Of a stretch of DNA of 64,000 bases, positions 30,401 to 45,500 are shown one piece after another. The notes under the pieces are model-generated. The model worked only from the letters and a program-made list of their open reading frames with translations, was not told the DNA's origin and did not search any database. Position 1 is the stretch's first letter. Each line of letters starts with the position of its first letter. Where the stretch lies: assembly GCA_964016885.1 (NCBI GenBank), contig OZ024754.1, positions 20,522,001 to 20,586,000 of the forward strand, read 5' to 3'. The DNA is from Eledone cirrhosa (lineage: Eukaryota). Position numbers and translations under genes: made by a program.

Positions 30401-33035
30401 ACATAGGGAACCCTCCCATATTACCCTTGGTATTAACATAGGGACTCCCTCCCATATTAGACTTGGTATTAACATAGACTCCCTCCCATATTAGCCTTGG
30501 TATTAACATAGGGAATCCCTCCCATATTACCCTTGGTATTAACATAGACTCCCTCCCATATTACCCTTGGTATTAACATAGACTCCCTCATATATTACCC
30601 TTGGTATTAACATAGACTCCCTCCCATATTACCCTTGGTATTAACATAGGGACTCTCTTACATATTACCCTTGGTATTAACCTAGGGACTCCCTCCCATA
30701 TTAGCCTTGGTATTAACATAGATTCCCTCCCATATAACCTTTGGTATTAACATAGACTCCCTCCCATATTACCCTTGGTATTAACATAGACTCCCTCCCA
30801 TATTAGCCTTGGTATTAACATAGACTCCCTCCCATATTACCCTTGGTATTGACATAGGGACTCCCTGCCATATTAGCTTTGGTATTAACATAGGGACACC
30901 CTCCCAATATTACACTTGTTATTAACATAGACTCCCTCCTATATTACCCTTGGTATTAACATAAGGACTCCCTCCCATATTACCCTGGGTATTAACATAG
31001 ACTCCCTCCCATATTACCCTTGGTATTAACATCGGGACTCCCTCCCATATTACCCTTGGTATTAACATAGACTCCCTCCCATTTTAGCATTGGTATTAAC
31101 ATAGGGACTCCCTCCCATATTACCCTTGGTATTAACATAGACTCCCTCCCATATTAGCCTTGGTATTAACATAGACTTCCTCCCATATTGGCCTTGGTAT
31201 TAACATAGACTCCCTCCCATATTTCCCTTGGTATTAACATAGGGACTCCCTCCCATATTAGACATGGTATTAACATAGACTCCCTCCCATATTACCCTTG
31301 GTATTAACATAGACTCCCTCCCATATTACCCTTGGTATTAACATAGACACCCTCCCATATTTCACTTGGTATTAACATAGGGACTCCCTCCCATATTAGA
31401 CATGGTATTAACATAGACTCCCTCCCATATTACCCTTGGTATTAACATAGACTCCCTCCCATATTACCCTTGGTATTAACATAGACTCCCTCCCATATTA
31501 CCCTTTGTATTAACATAGAGACACCCTCCAATTATTATACTTGTTATTAACATAGACTCCCTCCCATATTACCCTTGGTATTAACATAGACTCCCTCCAA
31601 TGTTAGCCTTGGTATTAACATAGGGACTCTCTCCCATATAAGAAATGCTATTAACATAGACTCCCTCCCATATTACCCTTGGTATTAACATAGACTCCCT
31701 CCAATGTTAGCCTTGGTATTAACATAGGGACTCTCTCCCATATAACAAATGCTATTAACATAGACTCCCTCCCATATTACCCTTGGTATTAACATAGACT
31801 CCCTCCCATATTAGACTTGGTATTAACATAGGGACTGCCTCCCATATTAGACTTGGTATTAACATAGGGAACCCTCCCATATTACCCTTGGTATTAACAT
31901 AGGGACTCCCTCCCATATTAGACATGGTATTACCATAGACTCCCTCCCATATTACCCTTGGTATTAACATAGGGACTCCCTCCCATATTAGCCTTGGTAT
32001 TAACATAGACTCCCTCCCATATTACCCTTGGTATTAACATAGGGACTCCCTCCCATATTAGCCTTGGTATTAACATAGAGACACCCTGCCAATATTACCC
32101 TTGTTATTAACATAGGGACTCCCTCCCATATTACCCTGGGTATTAACATAGACTCCCTCCCATATTACCCTTGGTATTAACATAGAGACTCCCTACCATA
32201 TTGCCCTTGATATTAACATCGGGACTCCCTCCCATATTACCCTTGGTATTAACATAGACTCCCTCCCATATTAGCATTGGTATTAACATAGGGATTCCCT
32301 CCCATATAACCCTTGGTATTAACATAGACTCCCTCCCATATTACCCTTGGTATTAACATAGGGTCTCCCTCCCATGTTACCCTTGGAATTAACATAGGGA
32401 CTCTCTCCCATATAAGAAATGGTATTAACATAGACTCCCTCCCATATTACCCTTGGTATTAACATAGACTCCCTCCCATATTAGCCTTGGTATTAACATA
32501 GACTCCCTCCCATATTACCCTTGGTATTGACATAGGGACTCCCTGCCATATTAGCTTTGGTATTAACATAGAGACACCCTCCCAATATTACCCTTGTTAT
32601 TAACATAGACTCCCTCCTGTATTAACATAAGGACTCCCTCCCATATTACCCTGGGTATTAACATAGACTCCCTCCCATATTAGACTTGGTATTAACATAG
32701 GGACTGCCTCCCATATTAGACTTGGTATTAACATAGGGAACCCTCCCATATTACCCTTGGTATTAACATAGGGACTCCCTCCCATATTAGACTTGGTATT
32801 AACATAGACTCCCTCCCATATTAGCCTTGGTATTAACATAGGGAATCCCTCCCATATTACCCTTGGTATTAACATAGACTCCCTCCCATATTACCCTTGG
32901 TATTAACATAGACTCCCTCATATATTACCCTTGGTATTAACATAGACTCCCTCCCATATTACCCTTGGTATTAACATAGGGACTCTCTCCCATATTACCC
33001 TTGGTATTAACCTAGGGACTCCCTCCCATATTAGC
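24474..33035. repeat. Tandem duplication of a 4281-bp block (24474-28754 and 28755-33035)
   Basis: Seven ORF pairs have identical translations at a constant offset of 4281 (24481/28762, 24759/29040, 26013/30294, 27474/31755, 27862/32143, 27968/32249, 28319/32600). Rare variants such as gacaacct and gactctcttac recur at the same offset. Identity breaks at the stated flanks. Confidence 0.92.
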
Positions 33036-36000
33036 CTTGGTATTAACATAGACTCCCTCCCATATTACCCTTGGTATTAACATAGACTCCCTCCCATATT
33101 AGCCTTGGTATTAACATAGACTCCCTCCCATATTACCCTTGGTATTGACATAGGGTCTCCCTGCCATATTAGCTTTGGTATTAACATAGGGACACCCTCC
33201 CAATATTACACTTGTTATTAACATAGACTCCCTCCTATATTACCCTTGGTATTAACATAAGGACTCCCTCCCATATTACCCTGGGTATTAACATAGACTC
33301 CCTCCCATATTACCCTTGGTATTAACATCGGGACTCCCTCCCATATTACCCTTGGTATTAACATAGACTCGCTCCCATTTTAGCATTGGTATTAACATAG
33401 GGACTCCCTCCCATATTACCCTTGGTATTAACATAGACTCCCTCCCATATTAGCCTTGGTATTAACATAGACTTCCTCCCATATTGGCCTTGGTATTAAC
33501 ATAGACTCCCTCCCATATTTCCCTTGGTATTAACATAGGGACTCCCTCCCATATTAGACATGGTATTAACATAGACTCCCTCCCATATTACCCTTGGTAT
33601 TAACATAGACTCCCTCCCATATTACCCTTGGTATTAACATAGACACCCTCCCATATTTCACTTGGTATTAACATAGGGACTCCCTCCCATATTAGACATG
33701 GTATTAACATAGACTCCCTCCCATATTACCCTTGGTATTAACATAGACTCCCTCCCATATTACCCTTGGTATTAACATAGACTCCCTCCCATATTACCCT
33801 TTGTATTAACATAGAGACACCCTCCAATTATTATACTTGTTATTAACATAGACTCCCTCCCATATTACCCTTGGTATTAACATAGACTCCCTCCAATGTT
33901 AGCCTTGGTATTAACATAGGGACTCTCTCCCATATAAGAAATGCTATTAACATAGACTCCCTCCCATATTACCCTTGGTATTAACATAGACTCCCTCCAA
34001 TGTTAGCCTTGGTATTAACATAGGGACTCTCTCCCATATAACAAATGCTATTAACATAGACTCCCTCCCATATTACCCTTGGTATTAACATAGACTCCCT
34101 CCCATATTAGACTTGGTATTAACATAGGGACTGCCTCCCATATTAGACTTGGTATTAACATAGGGAACCCTCCCATATTACCCTTGGTATTAACATAGGG
34201 ACTCCCTCCCATATTAGACATGGTATTACCATAGACTCCCTCCCATATTACCCTTGGTATTAACATAGGGACTCCCTCCCATATTAGCCTTGGTATTAAC
34301 ATAGACTCCCTCCCATATTACCCTTGGTATTAACATAGGGACTCCCTCCCATATTAGCCTTGGTATTAACATAGAGACACCCTGCCAATATTACCCTTGT
34401 TATTAACATAGGGACTCCCTCCCATATTACCCTGGGTATTAACATAGACTCCCTCCCATATTACCCTTGGTATTAACATAGAGACTCCCTACCATATTGC
34501 CCTTGATATTAACATCGGGACTCCCTCCCATATTACCCTTGGTATTAACATAGACTCCCTCCCATATTAGCATTGGTATTAACATAGGGATTCCCTCCCA
34601 TATAACCCTTGGTATTAACATAGACTCCCTCCCATATTACCCTTGGTATTAACATAGGGTCTCCCTCCCATGTTACCCTTGGAATTAACATAGGGACTCT
34701 CTCCCATATAAGAAATGGTATTAACATAGACTCCCTCCCATATTACCCTTGGTATTAACATAGACTCCCTCCCATATTAGCCTTGGTATTAACATAGACT
34801 CCCTCCCATATTACCCTTGGTATTGACATAGGGACTCCCTGCCATATTAGCTTTGGTATTAACATAGAGACACCCTCCCAATATTACCCTTGTTATTAAC
34901 ATAGACTCCCTCCTGTATTAACATAAGGACTCCCTCCCATATTACCCTGGGTATTAACATAGACTCCCTCCCATATTAGACTTGGTATTAACATAGGGAC
35001 TGCCTCCCATATTAGACTTGGTATTAACATAGGGAACCCTCCCATATTACCCTTGGTATTAACATAGGGACTCCCTCCCATATTAGACTTGGTATTAACA
35101 TAGACTCCCTCCCATATTAGCCTTGGTATTAACATAGGGAATCCCTCCCATATTACCCTTGGTATTAACATAGACTCCCTCCCATATTACCCTTGGTATT
35201 AACATAGACTCCCTCATATATTACCCTTGGTATTAACATAGACTCCCTCCCATATTACCCTTGGTATTAACATAGGGACTCTCTCCCATATTACCCTTGG
35301 TATTAACCTAGGGACTCCCTCCCATATTAGCCTTGGTATTAACATAGACTCCCTCCCATATTACCCTTGGTATTAACATAGACTCCCTCCCATATTAGCC
35401 TTGGTATTAACATAGACTCCCTCCCATATTACCCTTGGTATTGACATAGGGTCTCCCTGCCATATTAGCTTTGGTATTAACATAGGGACACCCTCCCAAT
35501 ATTACACTTGTTATTAACATAGACTCCCTCCTATATTACCATTGGTATTAACATAAGGACTCCCTCCCATATTACCCTGGGTATTAACATAGACTCCCTC
35601 CCATATTACCCTTGGTATTAACATCGGGACTCCCTCCCATATTACCCTTGGTATTAACATAGACTCCCTCCCATTTTAGCATTGGTATTAACATAGGGAC
35701 TCCCTCCCATATTACCCTTGGTATTAACATAGACTCCCTCCCATATTAGCCTTGGTATTAACATAGACTTCCTCCCATATTGCCCTTGGTATTAACATAG
35801 ACTCCCTCCCATATTTCCCTTGGTATTAACATAGGGACTCCCTCCCATATTAGACATGGTATTAACATAGACTCCCTCCCATATTACCCTTGGTATTAAC
35901 ATAGACTCCCTCCCATATTACCCTTGGTATTAACATAGACACCCTCCCATATTTCACTTGGTATTAACATAGGGACTCCCTCCCATATTAGACATGGTAT

Positions 36001-39000
36001 TAACATAGACTCCCTCCCATATTACCCTTGGTATTAACATAGACTCCCTCCCATATTACCCTTGGTATTAACATAGACTCCCTCCCATATTACCCTTTGT
36101 ATTAACATAGAGACACCCTCCAATTATTATACTTGTTATTAACATAGACTCCCTCCCATATTACCCTTGGTATTAACATAGACTCCCTCCAATGTTAGCC
36201 TTGGTATTAACATAGGGACTCTCTCCCATATAAGAAATGCTATTAACATAGACTCCCTCCCATATTACCCTTGGTATTAACATAGACTCCCTCCAATGTT
36301 AGCCTTGGTATTAACATAGGGACTCTCTCCCATATAAGAAATGCTATTAACATAGACCCCCTCCCATATTACCCTTGGTATTAACATAGACTCCCTCCCA
36401 TATTAGACTTGGTATTAACATAGGGACTGCCTCCCATATTAGACTTGGTATTAACATAGGGAACCCTCCCATATTACCCTTGGTATTAACATAGGGACTC
36501 CCTCCCATATTAGACATGGTATTAACATAGACTCCCTCCCATATTACCCTTGGTATTAACATAGACTCCCTCCCATATTACCCTTGGTATTAACATAGAC
36601 TCCCTCCCATATTACCCTTTGTATTAACATAGAGACACCCTCCAATTATTATACTTGTTATTAACATAGACTCCCTCCCATATTACCCTTGGTATTAACA
36701 TAGACTCCCTCCAATGTTAGCCTTGGTATTAACATAGGGACTCTCTCCCATATAAGAAATGCTATTAACATAGACTCCCTCCCATATTACCCTTGGTATT
36801 AACATAGACTCCCTCCAATGTTAGCCTTGGTATTAACATAGGGACTCTCTCCCATATAACAAATGCTATTAACATAGACTCCCTCCCATATTACCCTTGG
36901 TATTAACATAGACTCCCTCCCATATTAGACTTGGTATTAACATAGGGACTGCCTCCCATATTAGACTTGGTATTAACATAGGGAACCCTCCCATATTACC
37001 CTTGGTATTAACATAGGGACTCCCTCCCATATTAGACATGGTATTACCATAGACTCCCTCCCATATTACCCTTGGTATTAACATAGGGACTCCCTCCCAT
37101 ATTAGCCTTGGTATTAACATAGACTCCCTCCCATATTACCCTTGGTATTAACATAGGGACTCCCTCCCATATTAGCCTTGGTATTAACATAGAGACACCC
37201 TGCCAATATTACCCTTGTTATTAACATAGGGACTCCCTCCCATATTACCCTGGGTATTAACATAGACTCTCTCCCATATTACCCTTGGTATTAACATAGA
37301 AACTCCCTACCATATTGCCCTTGATATTAACATCGGGACTCCCTCCCATATTACCCTTGGTATTAACATAGACTCCCTCCCATATTAGCATTGGTATTAA
37401 CATAGGGATTCCCTCCCATATAACCCTTGGTATTAACATAGACTCCCTCCCATATTACCCTTGGTATTAACATAGGGTCTCCCTCCCATGTTACCCTTGG
37501 AATTAACATAGGGACTCTCTCCCATATAAGAAATGGTATTAACATAGACTCCCTCCCATATTACCCTTGGTATTAACATAGACTCCCTCCCATATTACCC
37601 TTGGTATTAACATAGACTCCCTCCCATATTACCCTTGGTATTGACATAGGGACTCCCTGCCATATTAGCTTTGGTATTAACATAGAGACACCCTCCCAAT
37701 ATTACCCTTGTTATTAACATAGACTCCCTCCTGTATTAACATAAGGACTCCCTCCCATATTACCCTGGGTATTAACATAGACTCCCTCCCATATTAGACT
37801 TGGTATTAACATAGGGACTGCCTCCCATATTAGACTTGGTATTAACATAGGGAACCCTCCCATATTACCCTTGGTATTAACATAGGGACTCCCTCCCATA
37901 TTAGACTTGGTATTAACATAGACTCCCTCCCATATTAGCCTTGGTATTAACATAGGGAATCCCTCCCATATTACCCTTGGTATTAACATAGACTCCCTCC
38001 CATATTACCCTTGGTATTAACATAGACTCCCTCATATATTACCCTTGGTATTAACATAGACTCCCTCCCATATTACCCTTGGTATTAACATAGGGACTCT
38101 CTCCCATATTACCCTTGGTATTAACCTAGGGACTCCCTCCCATATTAGCCTTGGTATTAACATAGACTCCCTCCCATATTACCCTTGGTATTAACATAGA
38201 CTCCCTCCCATATTAGCCTTGGTATTAACATAGACTCCCTCCAATATTACCCTTGGTATTGACATAGGGTCTCCCTGCCATATTAGCTTTGGTATTAACA
38301 TAGGGACACCCTCCCAATATTACACTTGTTATTAACATAGACTCCCTCCTATATTACCATTGGTATTAACATAAGGACTCCCTCCCATATTACCCTGGGT
38401 ATTAACATAGACTCCCTCCCATATTACCCTTGGTATTAACATCGGGACTCCCTCCCATATTACCCTTGGTATTAACATAGACTCCCTCCCATTTTAGCAT
38501 TGGTATTAACATAGGGACTCCCTCCCATATTACCCTTGGTATTAACATAGACTCCCTCCCATATTAGCCTTGGTATTAACATAGACTTCCTCCCATATTG
38601 CCCTTGGTATTAACATAGACTCCCTCCCATATTTCCCTTGGTATTAACATAGGGACTCCCTCCCATATTAGACATGGTATTAACATAGACTCCCTCCCAT
38701 ATTACCCTTGGTATTAACATAGACTCCCTCCCATATTACCCTTGGTATTAACATAGACACCCTCCCATATTTCACTTGGTATTAACATAGGGACTCCCTC
38801 CCATATTAGACATGGTATTAACATAGACTCCCTCCCATATTACCCTTGGTATTAACATAGACTCCCTCCCATATTACCCTTGGTATTAACATAGACTCCC
38901 TCCCATATTACCCTTTGTATTAACATAGAGACACCCTCCAATTATTATACTTGTTATTAACATAGACTCCCTCCAATGTTAGCCTTGGTATTAACATAGG

Positions 39001-40200
39001 GACTCTCTCCCATATAAGAAATGCTATTAACATAGACTCCCTCCCATATTACCCTTGGTATTAACATAGATTCCCTCCCATATTAGACTTGGTATTAACA
39101 TAGACTCCCTCCCATATTAGCCTTGGTATTAACATAGGGAATCCCTCCCATATTACCCTTGGTATTAACATAGACTCCCTCGCATATTACCCTAGGTATT
39201 AACATAGACTCCCTCATATATTACCCGTGGTATTAACATAGACTCCCTCCCATATTACCCTTGGTATTAACATAGGGACTCCCTCCCATATTACCCTTGG
39301 TATTAACCTAGGGACTCCCTCCCATATTAGCCTTGGTATTAACATAGACTCCCTCCCATATTACCCTTGGTATTAACATAGACTCCCTCCCATATTACCC
39401 TTGGTATTAACATAGACTCCCTCCCATATTAGCCTTGGTATTAACATAGACTCCCTCCCATATTACCCTTGGTATTGACATAGGGACTCCCTGCCATATT
39501 AGCTTTGGTATTAACATAGGGACACCCTCCCAATATTACACTTGTTATTAACATAGACTCCCTCCTATATTACCCTTAGTAGTAACATAAGGACTCCCTC
39601 CCATATTACCCTGGGTATTAACATCGGGACTCCCTCTCATATTACCCTTGGTATTAACATAGACTCCCTCCCATTTTAGCATTGGTATTAACATAGGGAC
39701 TCCCTCCCATATTACCCTTGGTATTAACATAGACTCCCTCACATATTAGCCTTGGTATTAACATAGACTTCCTCCCATATTGCCCTTGGTATTAACATAG
39801 ACTCCCTCCCATATTTCCCTTGGTATTAACATAGGGACTCCCTCCCATATTAGACATGGTATTAACATAGACTCCCTCCCATATTAACCTTGGTATTAAC
39901 ATAGACTCCCTCCCATATTACCCTTGGTATTAACATAGACTCCCTCCCATATTTCACTTGGTATTAACATAGGGACTCCCTCCCATATTAGACATGGTAT
40001 TAACATAGACTCCCTCCCATATTACCCTTGGTATTAACATAGACTCCCTCCCATATTACCCTTGGTATTAACATAGACTCCCTCCCATATTACCCTTTGT
40101 ATTAACATAGAGACACCCTCCAATTATTATACTTGTTACTAACATAGACTCCCTCCCATATTACCCTTGGTATTAACATAGACTCCCTCCAATGTTAGCC
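30740..40200. repeat. Higher-order repeat with 2296-bp period (one copy 2818 bp owing to an internal 522-bp duplication), decaying towards ~40 kb
   Basis: Marker ttgacataggg at 30849, 33145, 35441, 38259 (steps 2296, 2296, 2818). ORFs at 31755/34051/36869 and 32600/34896/37714 show the same steps. Confidence 0.88.
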
Positions 40201-43200
40201 TTGGTATTAACATAGACTCCCTCCCATATTAGCATTGGTATTAACATAGACTCCCTCCCATATTAGCCTTGGTATTAACATAGACTCCCTCCCATATTAC
40301 CCTTGGTATTAACATAGGGACTCCCTCCCATATTAGCCTTGGTATTGACATAGACTCCCTGCCATATTACTCTTGGTATTAACATAGACTCCCTCCCATA
40401 TTACCCTTGGTATTAACATAGACTCTCTCCCATGTTAGCCTTGGTATTAACATAGACTCCCTCCCATATTAGCCTTGGTATTAACATAGACTCCCTCCCA
40501 TATTATCCTTGGTATTAACATAGACTCCCTCCCATATTAGCCTGGGTATTAACATAGACTCCCTCCCATATTACACTTGGTATTAACATAGGGACTCCCT
40601 CCCATATTAGCCTGGGTATTAACATAGACTCCCTCCCATATTACCCTTGGTATTAACATAGACTCCCTCCCATATTAGCCTTGGTATTAACATAGACTCC
40701 CTCCCATATTACCCTTGGTATTAACATAGGGACTCCCTCCCATATTAGCCTTGGTATTAATATAGAGACACCCTCCCAATATTACCCTTGTTATTAACAC
40801 AGACACCCTCCCATATTACCCTCGGTATTAACATAAGGACTCCCTCCCATATTACCCTGGGTATTAACATTGACTGCCTCCCATATTACTTTCGGTATTA
40901 ACATAGAGACCCCTACCATATTACCCTTGGTATTAACATTGGGACTCCCTCCCATATTACCCTTGGTATTAACATAGACTCCCTCCCATTGTAGCATTGG
41001 TATTAACATAGGGACTCCCTCCCATATTACCCTTGGTATTAACATAGACTCCCTCCCATATTAGCCTTGGTATTAACAAAGACTCCCTCACATTTTGCCC
41101 TTGGCATTAATATAGACTCCCTCCCATATTTCCCTTGGTATAAACATAGGGACACCCTCCCATATTCGACATGGTATTAACATAGACTCCCTCCCATATT
41201 ACCCTTGGTATTAACATAGACTCCCTCCCATATTACCCTTGGTATTAACATAGACACCCTCCCATATTACCCTTGGTATTAACATAGGAAATCCCTCCCA
41301 TATTAGACATGGTATTAACATAGACTCCCTCCCATATTACCCTTGGTATTAACATAGACTCCCTCCCATATTAGACTTGGTATTAACATAAGGACGCCCT
41401 CCCATATTAGACTTGGTATTAACATAGGGACTCCCTCACATATTACCATTGGTATTAACATAGGGAATACCTCCCATATTAGACTTGGTATTAACATAGA
41501 CTCCCTCCCATGTTAGACTTGGTATTAACATAGAAGCCTCCCATATTTCCCTTGGTATGAACATAGGGACTCCCTCCCATATTAGACTTGGTATTAACAT
41601 AGCATCCCTCCCATATTAGACTTGGTATTGACATAGACTCCCTCCCATATTTCCGTTGGTATTAACATAGACTCCCTCCCATATTACCCTTGATATTAAC
41701 ATAGACTCCCTCACATATTAGCCTTGGTATTAACATAGGGACTCCCTCCCATATTACCCTTGGTATTAACATAGGGACTCCCTCCCATATAAGACATGGT
41801 ATTAACATAGACTCCCTCCCATATTAGCCTTGGTATTAACATAGGGACTTCCTCCCATATTACCCTTGGTATTAACATAGGGACTCCCTCCCATATAAGA
41901 CATGGTATTAACATAGACTCCCTCCCATATTACCCTTGGTATTAACATAGACTCCCTCCCATATTACTCTTGGTATTAACATAGGGACTCCCTCCCATAT
42001 TAGACTTGGTATTAACATAGCATCCCTCCCATATTAGACTTGGTATTGACATAGACTCCCTCCCATATTAGAGTTGGTATTAACATACACTCCCTCCCAT
42101 ATTAGCCTTGGTATTAACATAGGGAATCCCTCCCATATTACCCTTGGTATGAACATAGCCTCCCTCCCATATTACCCTTGGTATTAACATAGGGACTCCC
42201 TCCCATATTACCGTTGGTATTAACATAGACTCCCTCCCATATTACCCTTGGTATTAACATAGGGACTCCCTCCCATATTAGCCTTGGTATTAACATAGAG
42301 ACACCCTCCCAATATTACACTTGTTATTAACATAGACTCCCTCCCATATTACCCTCGGTATTAACATAGACTCCCTCCCATATTAGCCTTGGTATTAACA
42401 TAGACTCCCTCCCATATTACCCTTGGTATTAACATAGAATCCCTCCCATATTACCCTTGGTATTAACATAGACTCCCTCCCATATTACCCTTGTTATTAA
42501 CACAGAGACACCCTCCCAATATTACCCTTGGTATTAACATAGGGACTCCCTCCCATATTACCCTTGGTATTAACATAGACTACCTCCCATATTAGCCTTG
42601 GTATTAACATAGACCCCCTCCCATATTGCCCTTGGCATTAATATAGACTCCCACCCATATTACCCTTGGTATTAACATAGACTCCCTCCCATGTTTCCCT
42701 TGGTATTAACATAGGGACTCCCTCCCATATTAGACATGGTATTAACATAGACTCCCTCCCATAGTACCCTTGGTATTAACATAGACTCCCTCCCATATTA
42801 CCCTTGGTATTAACATAGACTCCCTCCCATATTTCCCTTGGTATTAACATAGGGACTCCCTCCTATATTAGACATGGTATTACTATAGACTCCCTCCCAT
42901 ATTACCCTTGGTATTAACATAGACTCCCTCCCATATTACCCTTGGTATTAACATAGACTCCCACCCATATTAGACTCGGTATTAACATAGGGACTCCCTC
43001 CCATATTAGACTTGGTATTAACATAGACTCCCTCCCATATTAGACTTGGTATTAACATAGACTGCCTCCCATATTAGACTTGGTATTAACATAGACTCCC
43101 TCCCATATTAGCCTTGGTATTAACATAGACTCCCTCCCATATTACCCTTGGTATTAACATAGGGACACCCTCCCATATTACCCTTGGTATTAACATAGGG

Positions 43201-45500
43201 ATTCCCTCCCATATTAGCCTTTGTATTAACATAGACTCCATGCCATATTACTCTTGGTATTAACATAGACTCCCTCCCATATTACCCTTGGTATTAACAT
43301 AGACACCCTCCCATATTAGACTTGGTATTAACATAGACTCCCTCCCATATTAGCCTTGGTATTAACATAGGGAATCTCTCCCATATTACCCTTGGTATCA
43401 ACATAGGGACTCTCTCCCATATTAGACTTGGTATTAACATAGACTCCCTCCCATATTAGACTTGGTATTAACATAGACTGCCTCTCATATTAGACTAGGT
43501 ATTAACATAGACTCCCTCCCATATTAGCCCGGGTATTAACATAGACTCCCTCCCATATTACTCTTGGTATTAACATAGGGACTCCCTCCCATATTAGCCT
43601 GGGTATTAACATAGACTCCCTCCCATATTACCCTTGGTATTAACATAGACTCCCTCCCATATTAGCCTTGGTATTAACATAGACTCCCTCCCATACTAGC
43701 CTTGGTATTAACATAGGGACTCCCTCCCATATTAGCCTTGGTATTAATATAGAGACACCCTCCCAATATTACCCTTGTTATTAACATAGACACCCTCCCA
43801 TATTACCCTCGGTATTAACATAAGGACTCCCTCCCATATTACCCTGGGTATTAACATTGACTCCCTCACATATTACCCTCGGTATTAACATAGAGACCCC
43901 CTACCATATTACCCTTGGTATTAACATCGGGACTCCCTCCCATATTACCCTTGGTATTAACATAGGGACTCCCTCCCATATTAGACATGGTATTAACATA
44001 GACTCCCTCCCATATTACCCTTGGTATTAACATAGACTCCCTCCCATATTAGACTTGGTATTAACACAGGGACTCCCTCCCATATTAGACTTGGTATTAA
44101 CATAGGGACTCCCTCACATATTACCATTGGTATTAACATAGGGTCTACCTCCCATATTAGACTTGGTATTAACATAGACTCCCTCCCATATTAGACTTGG
44201 TATTAACATAGACTGCCTCCCATATTAGCCTGGGTATTAACATAGACTCCCTCCCATATTACCCTTGGTATTAACATAGACTCCCTCCCATATTACCCTT
44301 GGTATTAACATAGACTCCCTCCCATATTACCCTTGGTATTAACATAGACTGCCTCCCATATTAGACTTGGTATTAAAATAGACTCCCTCCCATTTTAGCC
44401 TTGGTATTAACATAGATTCCCTCCCATATTACCCTTGGTATTAACATAGGGACTCCCTCCCATATTACCCTTGGTATTAACATAGGGACTCCCTCCCATA
44501 TTACCCTTGGTATTAACGTAGACTCCCTCCCATATAACCCCTTGGTATTAACATAGGGACTCTCTCCCATATTACCCTTGGTATTAACATAGAGACTCCC
44601 TCCCATATTAAACTTGGTATTAACATAGGGACTCCCTCCCATATTACCCTTGGTATTAACATAGACTCTCTCCCATATTACCCTTGGTATTAACATAGGG
44701 ACTCTCTCCCATATTACCCTTGGTATTAACATAGAGACTCCCTGCACTATTAACCTTGGTATTAACATAGACTCCCTCCCATATTACCCTTGGTATTAAC
44801 ATAGACTCCCTCCCTTATTAGCATTGGTATTAACATAGAGACTCCCTCCCATATTAGCCTTGGTATTAACATAGACTCACTCCCATATTACCCTTGGTAT
44901 TAACATAGACTCCCTCCCATATTACCCATGGTATTAATATAGGGAATCCCTCCCATATTAGCCTTGGTATTAACATAGACTCCCTCCCATATTAGACTTG
45001 GTATTAACATAGGGACTGCCTCCCATATTAGACTTGGTATTAACATAGGGACTCCCTCCCATATTACCCTTGGTATTAACATAGGGACTCCCTCCCATAT
45101 TAGACTTGGTATTAACATAGACTCCCTCTCATATTAGATTTGGTATTAACATAGACTCCCTCCCATATTACCCTTGGTATTAACATAGACTCCCTCCCAT
45201 ATTAACCTTGGTATTAACATAGAGACTCCCTCCCATATTACCCTTGGTATTAACATAGGGACTCCCTCCCATATTAGACTTGGTATTAACATAGAAGCCC
45301 TGCCATATTAGACTTGGTATTAACATAGACTCCCTCCCATATTACCCTTGGTATTAACGTAGATATTCGATCCCATATTACCTTTGGTACTAACATAGAC
45401 TTACTCCTGGTATTAACATAGGGACACCCTCCCATATTACCCTTGGTATTAACATAGGGACTCCCTCCCATATTACCCTTGGTATTAACATAGACTCCTC
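40200..45500. repeat. Array domain D: more heterogeneous monomers with only partial block duplications (boundaries approximate)
   Basis: Many singleton variants. Partial matches at 41315/43993 (offset 2678) and tatagagacaccctcccaat at 40761/43748. Degenerate units near 45358-45420. Confidence 0.6.
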
